Shown: positions 1 through 13,901, counted from the first letter of the stretch. The stretch: 64,000 nucleotides of DNA from Azolla caroliniana (GCA_043228905.1 JBHGNT010000106.1:21076-85075); one strand, 5' to 3'. Translations and numbers: made by a program. Notes: generated by a model not told the origin, from the sequence alone.

Positions 1-22
1 TTCGCTTGGTTGAACGCAAAAA

Positions 23-3000
23 TCCGATATCACACGAGCCAGGTATGAACATTTTCATTTACTCAAGGGCTCCTCTCAACTCCCTCCTCATGTTTGCTAA
101 TTTCGTCATGTCTGTCGACCTGAGTTTCAAAATCTTGATTTTATAATTCCATATTATAGCTAGCGTTGTTAGCTTCGAATCGCATGTTTGAACACAAAAA
201 TCCGATATCACACGAGGCAGGTATGAACATTTTAATTTACTCAAGGGCTCTTCTCAACTCACTCCTCAAATTTGCTAATTTCCTCATGTCTCTCGACCTG
301 AGTTTCAAAATCTTGATTTTTTAATTCCATATCATAGCTACCGTTGTTAGCTTCGAATTGCATGTTTGAACACAAAAATCCGATATCACACGAGCCAGAT
401 ATGAACATTTTCATTTACTCACAGGCTCCTCTCAACTCACTACTCACATTTGTTAATTTCGTCATGTCTCTCGACCTGAGTTTCAAAATCTTGATTTTTT
501 AATTCCATATTATAGCTAGAGTTGTTAGCTTCGAATCGCATGTTTGAACACAAAAATCCGATATCACACGAGGCAGGTATGAACATTTTAATTTACTCAA
601 GGGCTCCTCTCAACTCCCTCCTCATGTTTCCTAATTTCGTCATGTCTCTCGACCTGAGTTTCAAAATCTTGATTTTTTAATTCCATATCATAGCTAGCGT
701 TGTTACCTTCGATTCGCATGTTTGAACACAAAAATCCGATATCACACGAGCCACGTATGAACATTTTAATTTACTCAAGGGCTCCTCTCAACTCCCTCCT
801 CATGTTTCCTAATTTTGTCATGTCTCTCGACCTGAGTTTCAAAATCTTGATTTTTTAATTCCATATCATAGCTACCGTTGTTAGCTTCGAATTGCATGTT
901 TGAACACAAAAATCCGATATCACACGAGCCAGATATGAACATTTTCATTTACTCACAGGCTCCTCTCAACTCACTACTCACATTTGTTAATTTCGTCATG
1001 TCTCTCGACCTGAGTTTCAAAATCTTGATTTTTTAATTCCATATTATAGCTAGAGTTGTTAGCTTCGAATCGCATGTTTGAACACAAAAATCCGATATCA
1101 CACGAGGCAGGTATGAACATTTTAATTTACTCAAGGGCTCTTCTCAACTCACTCCTCAAATTTGCTAATTTCCTCATGTCTCTCGACCTGAGTTTCAAAA
1201 TCTTGATTTTTTAATTCCATATCATAGCTACCGTTGTTAGCTTCGAATTGCATGTTTGAACACAAAAATCCGATATCACACGAGCCAGATATGAACATTT
1301 TCATTTACTCACAGGCTCCTCTCAACTCACTACTCACATTTGTTAATTTCGTCATGTCTCTCGACCTGAGTTTCAAAATCTTGATTTTTTAATTCCATAT
1401 TATAGCTAGAGTTGTTAGCTTCGAATCGCATGTTTGAACACAAAAATCCGATATCACACGAGGCAGGTATGAACATTTTAATTTACTCAAGGGCTCCTCT
1501 CAACTCCCTCCTCATGTTTCCTAATTTCGTCATGTCTCTCGACCTGAGTTTCAAAATCTTGATTTTTTAATTCCATATCATAGCTAGCGTTGTTACCTTC
1601 GATTCGCATGTTTGAACACAAAAATCCGATATCACACGAGCCACGTATGAACATTTTAATTTACTCAAGGGCTCCTCTCAACTCCCTCCTCATGTTTCCT
1701 AATTTCGTCATGTCTCTCGACCTGAGTTTCAAAATCTTGATTTTTTAATTCCATATCATAGCTACCGTTGTTAGCTTCGAATTGCATGTTTGAACACAAA
1801 AATCCGATATCACACGAGCCAGATATGAACATTTTCATTTACTCACAGGCTCCTCTCAACTCACTACTCACATTTGTTAATTTCGTCATGTCTCTCGACC
1901 TGAGTTTCAAAATCTTGATTTTTTAATTCCATATTATAGCTAGAGTTGTTAGCTTCGAATCGCATGTTTGAACACAAAAATCCGATATCACACGAGGCAG
2001 GTATGAACATTTTAATTTACTCAAGGGCTCCTCTCAACTCCCTCCTCATGTTTCCTAATTTCGTCATGTCTCTCGACCTGAGTTTCAAAATCTTGATTTT
2101 TTAATTCCATATCATAGCTAGCGTTGTTACCTTCGATTCGCATGTTTGAACACAAAAATCCGATATCACACGAGCCACGTATGAACATTTTAATTTACTC
2201 AAGGGCTCCTCTCAACTCCCTCCTCATGTTTCCTAATTTCGTCATGTCTCTCGACCTGAGTTTCAAAATCTTGATTTTTTTATTCCATATCATAGCTACC
2301 GTTGTTAGCTTCGAATTGCATGTTTGAACACAAAAATCCGATATCACACGAGCCAGATATGAACATTTTCATTTACTCACAGGCTCCTCTCAACTCACTA
2401 CTCACATTTGTTAATTTCGTCATGTCTCTCGACCTGAGTTTCAAAATCTTGATTTTTTAATTCCATATTATAGCTAGAGTTGTTAGCTTCGAATCGCATG
2501 TTTGAACACAAAAATCCGATATCACACGAGGCAGGTATGAACATTTTAATTTACTCAAGGGCTCCTCTCAACTCCCTCCTCATGTTTCCTAATTTCGTCA
2601 TGTCTCTCGACCTGAGTTTCAAAATATTTATTTTTTAATTCTATATCATAGCTACCGTTGTTAGCTTCGATTCGCATGTTTGAACACAAAAATCCGATAT
2701 CACACGATCCAGGTATGAACATTTTAATTTACTCAAGGGCTCCTCTCAACTCCCTCCTCATGTTTGCTAATTTCGTCATGTCTCTCGACCTGAGTTTCAA
2801 AATCTTGATTTTTTAATTCCATATCATAGCTAGCGTTGTTAGCTTCGATTCACATGTTTGAACACAAAAATCCGATATTACACGAGCCAGGTATGAACAT
2901 TTTAATTTACGCAAGGGCTCCTCTCAACTCCCTCCTCATGTTTGCTAATTTCGTCATGTCTCTCGACCTGAGTTTCAAAATCTTGATTTTTTAATTCGAT

Positions 3001-3403
3001 ATCATAGCTAGCGTTGTTAGCTTCGAATCGCATGTTTGAACACAAAAATCCGATATCACACTAGCAGGTATGAACATTTTAATTTACTCAAGGGCTCCTC
3101 TCAACTCCCTCCTCATGTTTCCTAATTTCGTCATGTCTCTCGACCTGAGTTTCAAAATCTTGATTTTTTAATTCCATATCATAGCTAGCGTTGTTAGCTT
3201 CGAATCGCATGTTTGAACACAAAAATCCGATATCACACGAGGCAGGTATGAACATTTTAATTTACTCAAGGGTTCCTCTCAGCTCACTACTCAAATTTGC
3301 TAATTTCGTCATGTCTCTCGACCTGAGTTTCAAAATCTTGATTTTTTAATTCCATATCATAGCTAGCGTTGTTAGGTTCGATTCGCTTGGTTGAACGCAA
3401 AAA
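23..3403 (+). repeat. Left-domain HOR unit, 19-mer (3381 bp)
   Basis: Monomer order by diagnostic variants is X Y Z P Q Z Y Z P Q Z P Q' Z R S T U V. X = tctgtcgac/ttttataa; Y = ctcttctc..aaatttgctaatttcctc; Z = gagccagat/cacagg/tagag; P = gttacc; Q = gagccacgt/ctaccg; R = aaaatatttatt; S = gatccagg; T = ttacgcaag; U = cactagcagg (177 bp); V = ttaggttcgattcgcttgg. The next X starts at 3404; 3381 = 19x178-1. Confidence 0.85.
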
Positions 3404-6400
3404 TCCGATATCACACGAGCCAGGTATGAACATTTTCATTTACTCAAGGGCTCCTCTCAACTCCCTCCTCATGTTTGCTAATTTCGTCATGTCTGTCGAC
3501 CTGAGTTTCAAAATCTTGATTTTATAATTCCATATTATAGCTAGCGTTGTTAGCTTCGAATCGCATGTTTGAACACAAAAATCCGATATCACACGAGGCA
3601 GGTATGAACATTTTAATTTACTCAAGGGCTCTTCTCAACTCACTCCTCAAATTTGCTAATTTCCTCATGTCTCTCGACCTGAGTTTCAAAATCTTGATTT
3701 TTTAATTCCATATCATAGCTACCGTTGTTAGCTTCGAATTGCATGTTTGAACACAAAAATCCGATATCACACGAGCCAGATATGAACATTTTCATTTACT
3801 CACAGGCTCCTCTCAACTCACTACTCACATTTGTTAATTTCGTCATGTCTCTCGACCTGAGTTTCAAAATCTTGATTTTTTAATTCCATATTATAGCTAG
3901 AGTTGTTAGCTTCGAATCGCATGTTTGAACACAAAAATCCGATATCACACGAGGCAGGTATGAACATTTTAATTTACTCAAGGGCTCCTCTCAACTCCCT
4001 CCTCATGTTTCCTAATTTCATCATGTCTCTCGACCTGAGTTTCAAAATCTTGATTTTTTAATTCCATATCATAGCTAGCGTTGTTACCTTCGATTCGCAT
4101 GTTTGAACACAAAAATCCGATATCACACGAGCCACGTATGAACATTTTAATTTACTCAAGGGCTCCTCTCAACTCCCTCCTCATGTTTCCTAATTTCGTC
4201 ATGTCTCTCGACCTGAGTTTCAAAATCTTGATTTTTTAATTCCATATCATAGCTACCGTTGTTAGCTTCGAATTGCATGTTTGAACACAAAAATCCGATA
4301 TCACACGAGCCAGATATGAACATTTTCATTTACTCACAGGCTCCTCTCAACTCACTACTCACATTTGTTAATTTCGTCATGTCTCTCGACCTGAGTTTCA
4401 AAATCTTGATTTTTTAATTCCATATTATAGCTAGAGTTGTTAGCTTCGAATCGCATGTTTGAACACCAAAATCCGATATCACACGAGGCAGGTATGAACA
4501 TTTTAATTTACTCAAGGGCTCCTCTCAACTCCCTCCTCATGTTTCCTAATTTCGTCATGTCTCTCGACCTGAGTTTCAAAATCTTGATTTTTTAATTCCA
4601 TATCATAGCTAGCGTTGTTACCTTCGATTCGCATGTTTGAACACAAAACTCCGATATCACACGAGCCACGTATGAACATTTTAATTTACTCAAGGGCTCC
4701 TCTCAACTCCCTCCTCATGTTTCCTAATTTCGTCATGTCTCTCGACCTGAGTTTCAAAATCTTGATTTTTTTATTCCATATCATAGCTACCGTTGTTAGC
4801 TTCGAATTGCATGTTTGAACACAAAAATCCGATATCACACGAGCCAGATATGAACATTTTCATTTACTCACAGGCTCCTCTCAACTCACTACTCACATTT
4901 GTTAATTTCGTCATGTCTCTCGACCTGAGTTTCAAAATCTTGATTTTTTAATTCCATATTATAGCTAGAGTTGTTAGCTTCGAATCGCATGTTTGAACAC
5001 AAAAATCCGATATCACACGAGGCAGGTATGAACATTTTAATTTACTCAAGGGCTCCTCTCAACTCCCTCCTCATGTTTCCTAATTTCGTCATGTCTCTCG
5101 ACCTGAGTTTCAAAATATTTATTTTTTAATTCTATATCATAGCTACCGTTGTTAGCTTCGATTCGCATGTTTGAACACAAAAATCCGATATCACACGATC
5201 CAGGTATGAACATTTTAATTTACTCAAGGGCTCCTCTCAACTCCCTCCTCATGTTTGCTAATTTCGTCATGTCTCTCGACCTGAGTTTCAAAATCTTGAT
5301 TTTTTAATTCCATATCATAGCTAGCGTTGTTAGCTTCGATTCACATGTTTGAACACAAAAATCCGATATTACACGAGCCAGGTATGAACATTTTAATTTA
5401 CGCAAGGGCTCCTCTCAACTCCCTCCTCATGTTTGCTAATTTCGTCATGTCTCTCGACCTGAGTTTCAAAATCTTGATTTTTTAATTCGATATCATAGCT
5501 AGCGTTGTTAGCTTCGAATCGCATGTTTGAACACAAAAATCCGATATCACACTAGCAGGTATGAACATTTTAATTTACTCAAGGGCTCCTCTCAACTCCC
5601 TCCTCATGTTTCCTAATTTCGTCATGTCTCTCGACCTGAGTTTCAAAATCTTGATTTTTTAATTCCATATCATAGCTAGCGTTGTTAGCTTCGAATCGCA
5701 TGTTTGAACACAAAAATCCGATATCACACGAGGCAGGTATGAACATTTTAATTTACTCAAGGGTTCCTCTCAGCTCACTACTCAAATTTGCTAATTTCGT
5801 CATGTCTCTCGACCTGAGTTTCAAAATCTTGATTTTTTAATTCCATATCATAGCTAGCGTTGTTAGGTTCGATTCGCTTGGTTGAACGCAAAAATCCGAT
5901 ATCACACGAGCCAGGTATGAACATTTTCATTTACTCAAGGGCTCCTCTCAACTCCCTCCTCATGTTTGCTAATTTCGTCATGTCTGTCGACCTGAGTTTC
6001 AAAATCTTGATTTTATAATTCCATATTATAGCTAGCGTTGTTAGCTTCGAATCGCATGTTTGAACACAAAAATCCGATATCACACGAGGCAGGTATGAAC
6101 ATTTTAATTTACTCAAGGGCTCTTCTCAACTCACTCCTCAAATTTGCTAATTTCCTCATGTCTCTCGACCTGAGTTTCAAAATCTTGATTTTTTAATTCC
6201 ATATCATAGCTACCGTTGTTAGCTTCGAATTGCATGTTTGAACACAAAAATCCGATATCACACGAGCCAGATATGAACATTTTCATTTACTCACAGGCTC
6301 CTCTCAACTCACTACTCACATTTGTTAATTTCGTCATGTCTCTCGACCTGAGTTTCAAAATCTTGATTTTTTAATTCCATATTATAGCTAGAGTTGTTAG

Positions 6401-8385
6401 CTTCGAATCGCATGTTTGAACACAAAAATCCGATATCACACGAGGCAGGTATGAACATTTTAATTTACTCAAGGGCTCCTCTCAACTCCCTCCTCATGTT
6501 TCCTAATTTCATCATGTCTCTCGACCTGAGTTTCAAAATCTTGATTTTTTAATTCCATATCATAGCTAGCGTTGTTACCTTCGATTCGCATGTTTGAACA
6601 CAAAAATCCGATATCACACGAGCCACGTATGAACATTTTAATTTACTCAAGGGCTCCTCTCAACTCCCTCCTCATGTTTCCTAATTTCGTCATGTCTCTC
6701 GACCTGAGTTTCAAAATCTTGATTTTTTAATTCCATATCATAGCTACCGTTGTTAGCTTCGAATTGCATGTTTGAACACAAAAATCCGATATCACACGAG
6801 CCAGATATGAACATTTTCATTTACTCACAGGCTCCTCTCAACTCACTACTCACATTTGTTAATTTCGTCATGTCTCTCGACCTGAGTTTCAAAATCTTGA
6901 TTTTTTAATTCCATATTATAGCTAGAGTTGTTAGCTTCGAATCGCATGTTTGAACACAAAAATCCGATATCACACGAGGCAGGTATGAACATTTTAATTT
7001 ACTCAAGGGCTCCTCTCAACTCCCTCCTCATGTTTCCTAATTTCGTCATGTCTCTCGACCTGAGTTTCAAAATCTTGATTTTTTAATTCCATATCATAGC
7101 TAGCGTTGTTACCTTCGATTCGCATGTTTGAACACAAAACTCCGATATCACACGAGCCACGTATGAACATTTTAATTTACTCAAGGGCTCCTCTCAACTC
7201 CCTCCTCATGTTTCCTAATTTCGTCATGTCTCTCGACCTGAGTTTCAAAATCTTGATTTTTTTATTCCATATCATAGCTACCGTTGTTAGCTTCGAATTG
7301 CATGTTTGAACACAAAAATCCGATATCACACGAGCCAGATATGAACATTTTCATTTACTCACAGGCTCCTCTCAACTCACTACTCACATTTGTTAATTTC
7401 GTCATGTCTCTCGACCTGAGTTTCAAAATCTTGATTTTTTAATTCCATATTATAGCTAGAGTTGTTAGCTTCGAATCGCATGTTTGAACACAAAAATCCG
7501 ATATCACACGAGGCAGGTATGAACATTTTAATTTACTCAAGGGCTCCTCTCAACTCCCTCCTCATGTTTCCTAATTTCGTCATGTCTCTCGACCTGAGTT
7601 TCAAAATATTTATTTTTTAATTCTATATCATAGCTACCGTTGTTAGCTTCGATTCGCATGTTTGAACACAAAAATCCGATATCACACGATCCAGGTATGA
7701 ACATTTTAATTTACTCAAGGGCTCCTCTCAACTCCCTCCTCATGTTTGCTAATTTCGTCATGTCTCTCGACCTGAGTTTCAAAATCTTGATTTTTTAATT
7801 CCATATCATAGCTAGCGTTGTTAGCTTCGATTCACATGTTTGAACACAAAAATCCGATATTACACGAGCCAGGTATGAACATTTTAATTTACGCAAGGGC
7901 TCCTCTCAACTCCCTCCTCATGTTTGCTAATTTCGTCATGTCTCTCGACCTGAGTTTCAAAATCTTGATTTTTTAATTCGATATCATAGCTAGCGTTGTT
8001 AGCTTCGAATCGCATGTTTGAACACAAAAATCCGATATCACACTAGCAGGTATGAACATTTTAATTTACTCAAGGGCTCCTCTCAACTCCCTCCTCATGT
8101 TTCCTAATTTCGTCATGTCTCTCGACCTGAGTTTCAAAATCTTGATTTTTTAATTCCATATCATAGCTAGCGTTGTTAGCTTCGAATCGCATGTTTGAAC
8201 ACAAAAATCCGATATCACACGAGGCAGGTATGAACATTTTAATTTACTCAAGGGTTCCTCTCAGCTCACTACTCAAATTTGCTAATTTCGTCATGTCTCT
8301 CGACCTGAGTTTCAAAATCTTGATTTTTTAATTCCATATCATAGCTAGCGTTGTTAGGTTCGATTCGCTTGGTTGAACGCAAAAA
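3404..8385 (+). repeat. Two near-identical 14-mer HOR units (period 2491 bp)
   Basis: X monomers start at 3404, 5895 and 8386. Order is X Y Z P Q Z P Q' Z R S T U V. Both copies share the private variants cctaatttcatc (~4020/~6511) and aaaactccgat (~4649/~7140). The ORF track shows the same 2491 offset (3440/5931/8422 and 4615/7106). Confidence 0.9.
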
Positions 8386-9808
8386 TCCGATATCACACGA
8401 GCCAAGTATGAACATTTTCATTTACTCAAGGGCTCCTCTCAACTCCCTCCTCATGTTTGCTAATTTCGTCATGTCTGTCGACCTGAGTTTCAAAATCTTG
8501 ATTTTATAATTCCATATTATAGCTAGCGTTGTTAGCTTCGAATCGCATGTTTGAACACAAAAATCCGATATCACACGAGCCACGTATGAACATTTTAATT
8601 TACTCAAGGGCTCTTCTCAACTCACTCCTCAAATTTGCTAATTTCCTCATGTCTCTCGACCTGAGTTTCAAAATCTTGATTTTTTAATTCCATATCATAG
8701 CTACCGTTGTTAGCTTCGAATTGCATGTTTGAACACAAAAATCCGATATCACACGAGCCAGATATGAACATTTTCATTTACTCACAGGCTCCTCTCAACT
8801 CACTACTCACATTTGTTAATTTCGTCATGTCTCTCGACCTGAGTTTCAAAATCTTGATTTTTTAATTCCATATTATAGCTAGAGTTGTTAGCTTCGAATC
8901 GCATGTTTGAACACAAAAATCCGATATCACACGAGGCAGGTATGAACATTATAATTTACTCAAGGGCTCCTCTCAACTCCCTCCTCATGTTTCCTAATTT
9001 CGTCATGTCTCTCGACCTGAGTTTCAAAATATTTATTTTTTAATTCTATATCATAGCTACCGTTGTTAGCTTCGATTCGCATGTTTGAACACAAAAATCC
9101 GATATCACACGATCCAGGTATGAACATTTTAATTTACTCAAGGGCTCCTCTCAACTCCCTCCTCATGTTTGCTAATTTCGTCATGTCTCTCGACCTGAGT
9201 TTCAAAATCTTGATTTTTTAATTCCATATCATAGCTAGCGTTGTTAGCTTCAATTCACATGTTTGAACACAAAAATCCGATATTACACGAGCCAGGTATG
9301 AACATTTTAATTTACGCAAGGGCTCCTCTCAACTCCCTCCTCATGTTTGCTAATTTCGTCATGTCTCTCGACCTGAGTTTCAAAATCTTGATTTTTTAAT
9401 TCGATATCATAGCTAGCGTTGTTAGCTTCGAATCGCATGTTTGAACACAAAAATCCGATATCACACTAGCAGGTATGAACATTTTAATTTACTCAAGGGC
9501 TCCTCTCAACTCCCTCCTCATGTTTCCTAATTTCGTCATGTCTCTCGACCTGAGTTTCAAAATCTTGATTTTTTAATTCCATATCATAGCTAGCGTTGTT
9601 AGCTTCGAATCGCATGTTTGAACACAAAAATCCGATATCACACGAGGCAGGTATGAACATTTTAATTTACTCAAGGGTTCCTCTCAGCTCACTACTCAAA
9701 TTTGCTAATTTCGTCATGTCTCTCGACCTGAGTTTCAAAATCTTGATTTTTTAATTCCATATCATAGCTAGCGTTGTTAGGTTCGATTCGCTTGGTTGAA
9801 CGCAAAAA
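8386..9808 (+). repeat. 8-mer core HOR unit (1423 bp)
   Basis: Order is X Y Z R S T U V with no P-Q-Z module. The next X starts at 9809; 1423 = 8x178-1. Confidence 0.85.
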
Positions 9809-12800
9809 TCCGATATCACACGAGCCAGGTATGAACATTTTCATTTACTCAAGGGCTCCTCTCAACTCCCTCCTCATGTTTGCTAATTTCGTCATGTCTG
9901 TCGACCTGAGTTTCAAAATCTTGATTTTATAATTCCATATTATAGCTAGCGTTGTTAGCTTCGAATCGCATGTTTGAACACAAAAATCCGATATCACACG
10001 AGGCAGGTATGAACATTTTAATTTACTCAAGGGCTCTTCTCAACTCACTCCTCAAATTTGCTAATTTCCTCATGTCTCTCGACCTGAGTTTCAAAATCTT
10101 GATTTTTTAATTCCATATCATAGCTACCGTTGTTAGCTTCGAATTGCATGTTTGAACACAAAAATCCGATATCACACGAGCCAGATATGAACATTTTCAT
10201 TTACTCACAGGCTCCTCTCAACTCACTACTCACATTTGTTAATTTCGTCATGTCTCTCGACCTGAGTTTCAAAATCTTGATTTTTTAATTCCATATTATA
10301 GCTAGAGTTGTTAGCTTCGAATCGCATGTTTGAACACAAAAATCCGATATCACACGAGGCAGGTATGAACATTTTAATTTACTCAAGGGCTCCTCTCAAC
10401 TCCCTCCTCATGTTTCCTAATTTCGTCATGTCTCTCGACCTGAGTTTCAAAATCTTGATTTTTTAATTCCATATCATCGCTAGCGTTGTTACCTTCGATT
10501 CGCATGTTTGAACACAAAAATCCGATATCACACGAGCCACGTATGAACATTTTAATTTACTCAAGGGCTCCTCTCAACTCCCTCCTCATGTTTCCTAATT
10601 TCGTCATGTCTCTCGACCTGAGTTTCAAAATCTTGATTTTTTAATTCCATATCATAGCTACCGTTGTTAGCTTCGAATTGCATGTTTGAACACAAAAATC
10701 CGATATCACACGAGCCAGATATGAACATTTTCATTTACTCACAGGCTCCTCTCAACTCACTACTCACATTTGTTAATTTCGTCATGTCTCTCGACCTGAG
10801 TTTCAAAATCTTGATTTTTTAATTCCATATTATAGCTAGAGTTGTTAGCTTCGAATCGCATGTTTGAACACAAAAATCCGATATCACACGAGGCAGGTAT
10901 GAACATTTTAATTTACTCAAGGGCTCCTCTCAACTCCCTCCTCATGTTTCCTAATTTCGTCATGTCTCTCGACCTGAGTTTCAAAATATTTATTTTTTAA
11001 TTCTATATCATAGCTACCGTTGTTAGCTTCGATTCGCATGTTTGAACACAAAAATCCGATATCACACGATCCAGGTATGAACATTTTAATTTACTCAAGG
11101 GCTCCTCTCAACTCCCTCCTCATGTTTGCTAATTTCGTCATGTCTCTCGACCTGAGTTTCAAAATCTTGATTTTTTAATTCCATATCATAGCTAGCGTTG
11201 TTAGCTTCGATTCACATGTTTGAACACAAAAATCCGATATTACACGAGCCACGTATGAACATTTTAATTTACTCAAGGGCTCCTCTCAACTCCCTCCTCA
11301 TGTTTCCTAATTTCGTCATGTCTCTCGACCTGAGTTTCAAAATCTTGATTTTTTAATTCCATATCATAGCTACCGTTGTTAGCTTCGAATTGCATGTTTG
11401 AACACAAAAATCCGATATCACACGAGCCAGATATGAACATTTTCATTTACTCACAGGCTCCTCTCAACTCACTACTCACATTTGTTAATTTCGTCATGTC
11501 TCTCGACCTGAGTTTCAAAATCTTGATTTTTTAATTCCATATCATAGCTAGAGTTGTTAGCTTCGATTCGCATGTTTGAACACAAAAATCCGATATCACA
11601 CGAGGCAGGTATGAACATTTTAATTTACTCAAGGGCTCCTCTCAACTCCCTCCTCATGTTTCCTAATTTCGTCATGTCTCTCGACCTGAGTTTCAAAATC
11701 TTGATTTTTTAATTCCATATCATAGCTAGCGTTGTTACCTTCGATTCGCATGTTTGAACACAAAAATCCGATATCACACGAGCCACGTATGAACATTTTA
11801 ATTTACTCAAGGGCTCCTCTCAACTCCCTCCTCATGTTTCCTAATTTCGTCATGTCTCTCGACCTGAGTTTCAAAATCTTGATTTTTTAATTCCATATCA
11901 TAGCTACCGTTGTTAGCTTCGATTCGCATGTTTGAACACAAAAATCCGATATCACACGATCCAGGTATGAACATTTTAATTTACTCAAGGGCTCCTCTCA
12001 ACTCCCTCCTCATGTTTGCTAATTTCGCCATGTCTGTGGACCTGAGTTTCAAAATCTTGATTTTTTAATTCCATATTATAGCTAGCGTTGTTAGCTTCGA
12101 ATCGCATGTTTGAACACAAAAATCCGATATCACACGAGGCAGGCATGAACATTTTAATTTACTCAAGGGCTCTTCTCAACTCACTCCTCAAATTTGCTAA
12201 TTTCGTCATGTCTCTCGACCTGAGTTTCAAAATCTTGATTTTTTAATTCCATATCATAGCTAGCGTTGTTAGCTTCGAATCGCATGTTTGAACACAAAAA
12301 TCCGATATCACACTAGCAGGTATGAACATTTTAATTTACTCAAGGGCTCCTCTCAACTCCCTCCTCATGTTTCCTAATTTCGTCATGTCTCTCGACCTGA
12401 GTTTCAAAATCTTGATTTTTTAATTCCATATCATAGCTAGCGTTGTTAGCTTCGAATCGCATGTTTGAACACAAAAATCCGATATCACACGAGCCAGGTA
12501 TGAACATTTTCATTTACTCACAGGCTCCTCTCAACTCACTACTCACATTTGTTAATTTCGTCATGTCTCTCGACCTGAGTTTCAAAATCTTGATTTTTTA
12601 ATTCCATATCATAGCTAGCGTTGTTAGCTTCGAATCGCATGTTTGAACACAAAAATCCGATATCACACGAGGCAGGTATGAACATTTTAATTTACTCAAG
12701 GGTTCCTCTCAGCTCACTACTCAAATTTGCTAATTTCGTCATGTCTCTCGACCTGAGTTTCAAAATCTTGATTTTTTAATTCCATATCATAGCTAGCGTT

Positions 12801-13901
12801 GTTAGCTTCGATTCGCATGTTTGAACACAAAAATCCGATATCACACGAGCCAGGTATGAACATTTTAATTTACTCAAGGGCTCCTCTCAACTCCCTCCTC
12901 ATGTTTGCTAATTTCGTCATGTCTCTCGACCTGAGTTTCAAAATCTTGATTTTTTAATTCCATATCATAGCTAGCGTTGTTAGCTTCGATTCGCATGTTT
13001 GAACACAAAAATCCGATATCACACGAGCCACGTATGAAGATTTTAATTTACTCAAGGGCTCCTCTCAACTCCCTCCTCATGTTTGCTAATTTCGTCATGT
13101 CTCTCGACCTGAGTTTCAAAATCTTGATTTTTTAATTCCATATCATAGCTAGCGTTGTTAGCTTCGATTCGCATGTTTGAACACAAAAATCCGATATCAC
13201 ACGAGCCAGGTATGAACATTTTAATTTACTCAAGGGCTCCTCTCAACTCCCTCCTCATGTTTGCTAATTTCGCCATGTCTGTCGACCTGAGTTTCAAAAT
13301 CTTGATTTTTTAATTCCATATCATTGCTAGCGTTGTTAGCTTCGATTCGCATGTTTGAACACAAAAATCCGATATCACACGAGGCAGGTATGAACATTTT
13401 AATTTACTCAAGGGTTCCTCTCAGCTCACTACTCAAATTTGCTAATTTCGTCATGTCTCTCGACCTGAGTTTCAAAATCTTGATTTTTTAATTCCATATC
13501 ATAGCTAGCGTTGTTAGGTCCGATTCGCTTGGTTGAACGGAAAAATCCGATATCACACGAGCCAGGTATGGACATTTTCATTTACTCAAGGGTTCCTCTC
13601 AACTCCCTCCTCATGTTTGCGAATTTCGTCATGTCTCTCGACCTGAGTTTCAAAATTTGGATTTTTTAATTCTATATCATACCTAGCGTTGTTAGCTTCG
13701 AATCGCATGTTTGAACACAAAAATCCGATATCACACGAGCCAGGTATGAACATTTTCATTTATTCACAGGCTCCTCTCAACTCACTACTCACATTTGTTA
13801 ATTTCGTCATGTCTCTCGAGCTGAGTGTCAAAATCTTGATTTTTTAATTCCATATCATAGCTAGCGTTGTTAGCTTCGATTCGCATGTTTGAACACAAAA
13901 A

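Noticed and set aside
23-200. 5S rDNA, tRNA, snRNA or spliced-leader tandem gene unit
   Set aside because: I see no recognisable 5S or tRNA sequence, no convincing Pol III A/B/C boxes and no cloverleaf. The T6 tract alone is insufficient evidence.
23-200. Monomer as a dimer of ~89-bp subunits
   Set aside because: The short internal echoes (aaaatc(c/tt)gat, tgaaca, catgt) are spaced irregularly (for example 110/68 bp), not at half-length, so no consistent sub-repeat can be supported by eye.
59-244. 61-66 aa minus-strand ORFs MSKLKCSY... (also 3440, 5931, 8422, 9845, 19095, 23726)
   Set aside because: They lie entirely within satellite monomers and exist only where the ttttataa variant removes a minus-strand TAA stop. 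They have no recognisable domain and simply mark the X monomer of the HOR.
2124-2327. 67 aa plus-strand ORFs MLPSIRMF... (also 4615, 7106)
   Set aside because: They arise from the tttttatt variant of monomer Q', which removes a TAA. They have a non-ATG start, span about one monomer and are a chance reading frame.
13524-13545. CENP-B-box-like look of ttcgcttggttgaacgga
   Set aside because: The canonical box needs TTCG-N4-A-N2-CGGG. Here the spacer is 10 nt rather than 7 and the end is CGGA or CGCA, so it does not match.
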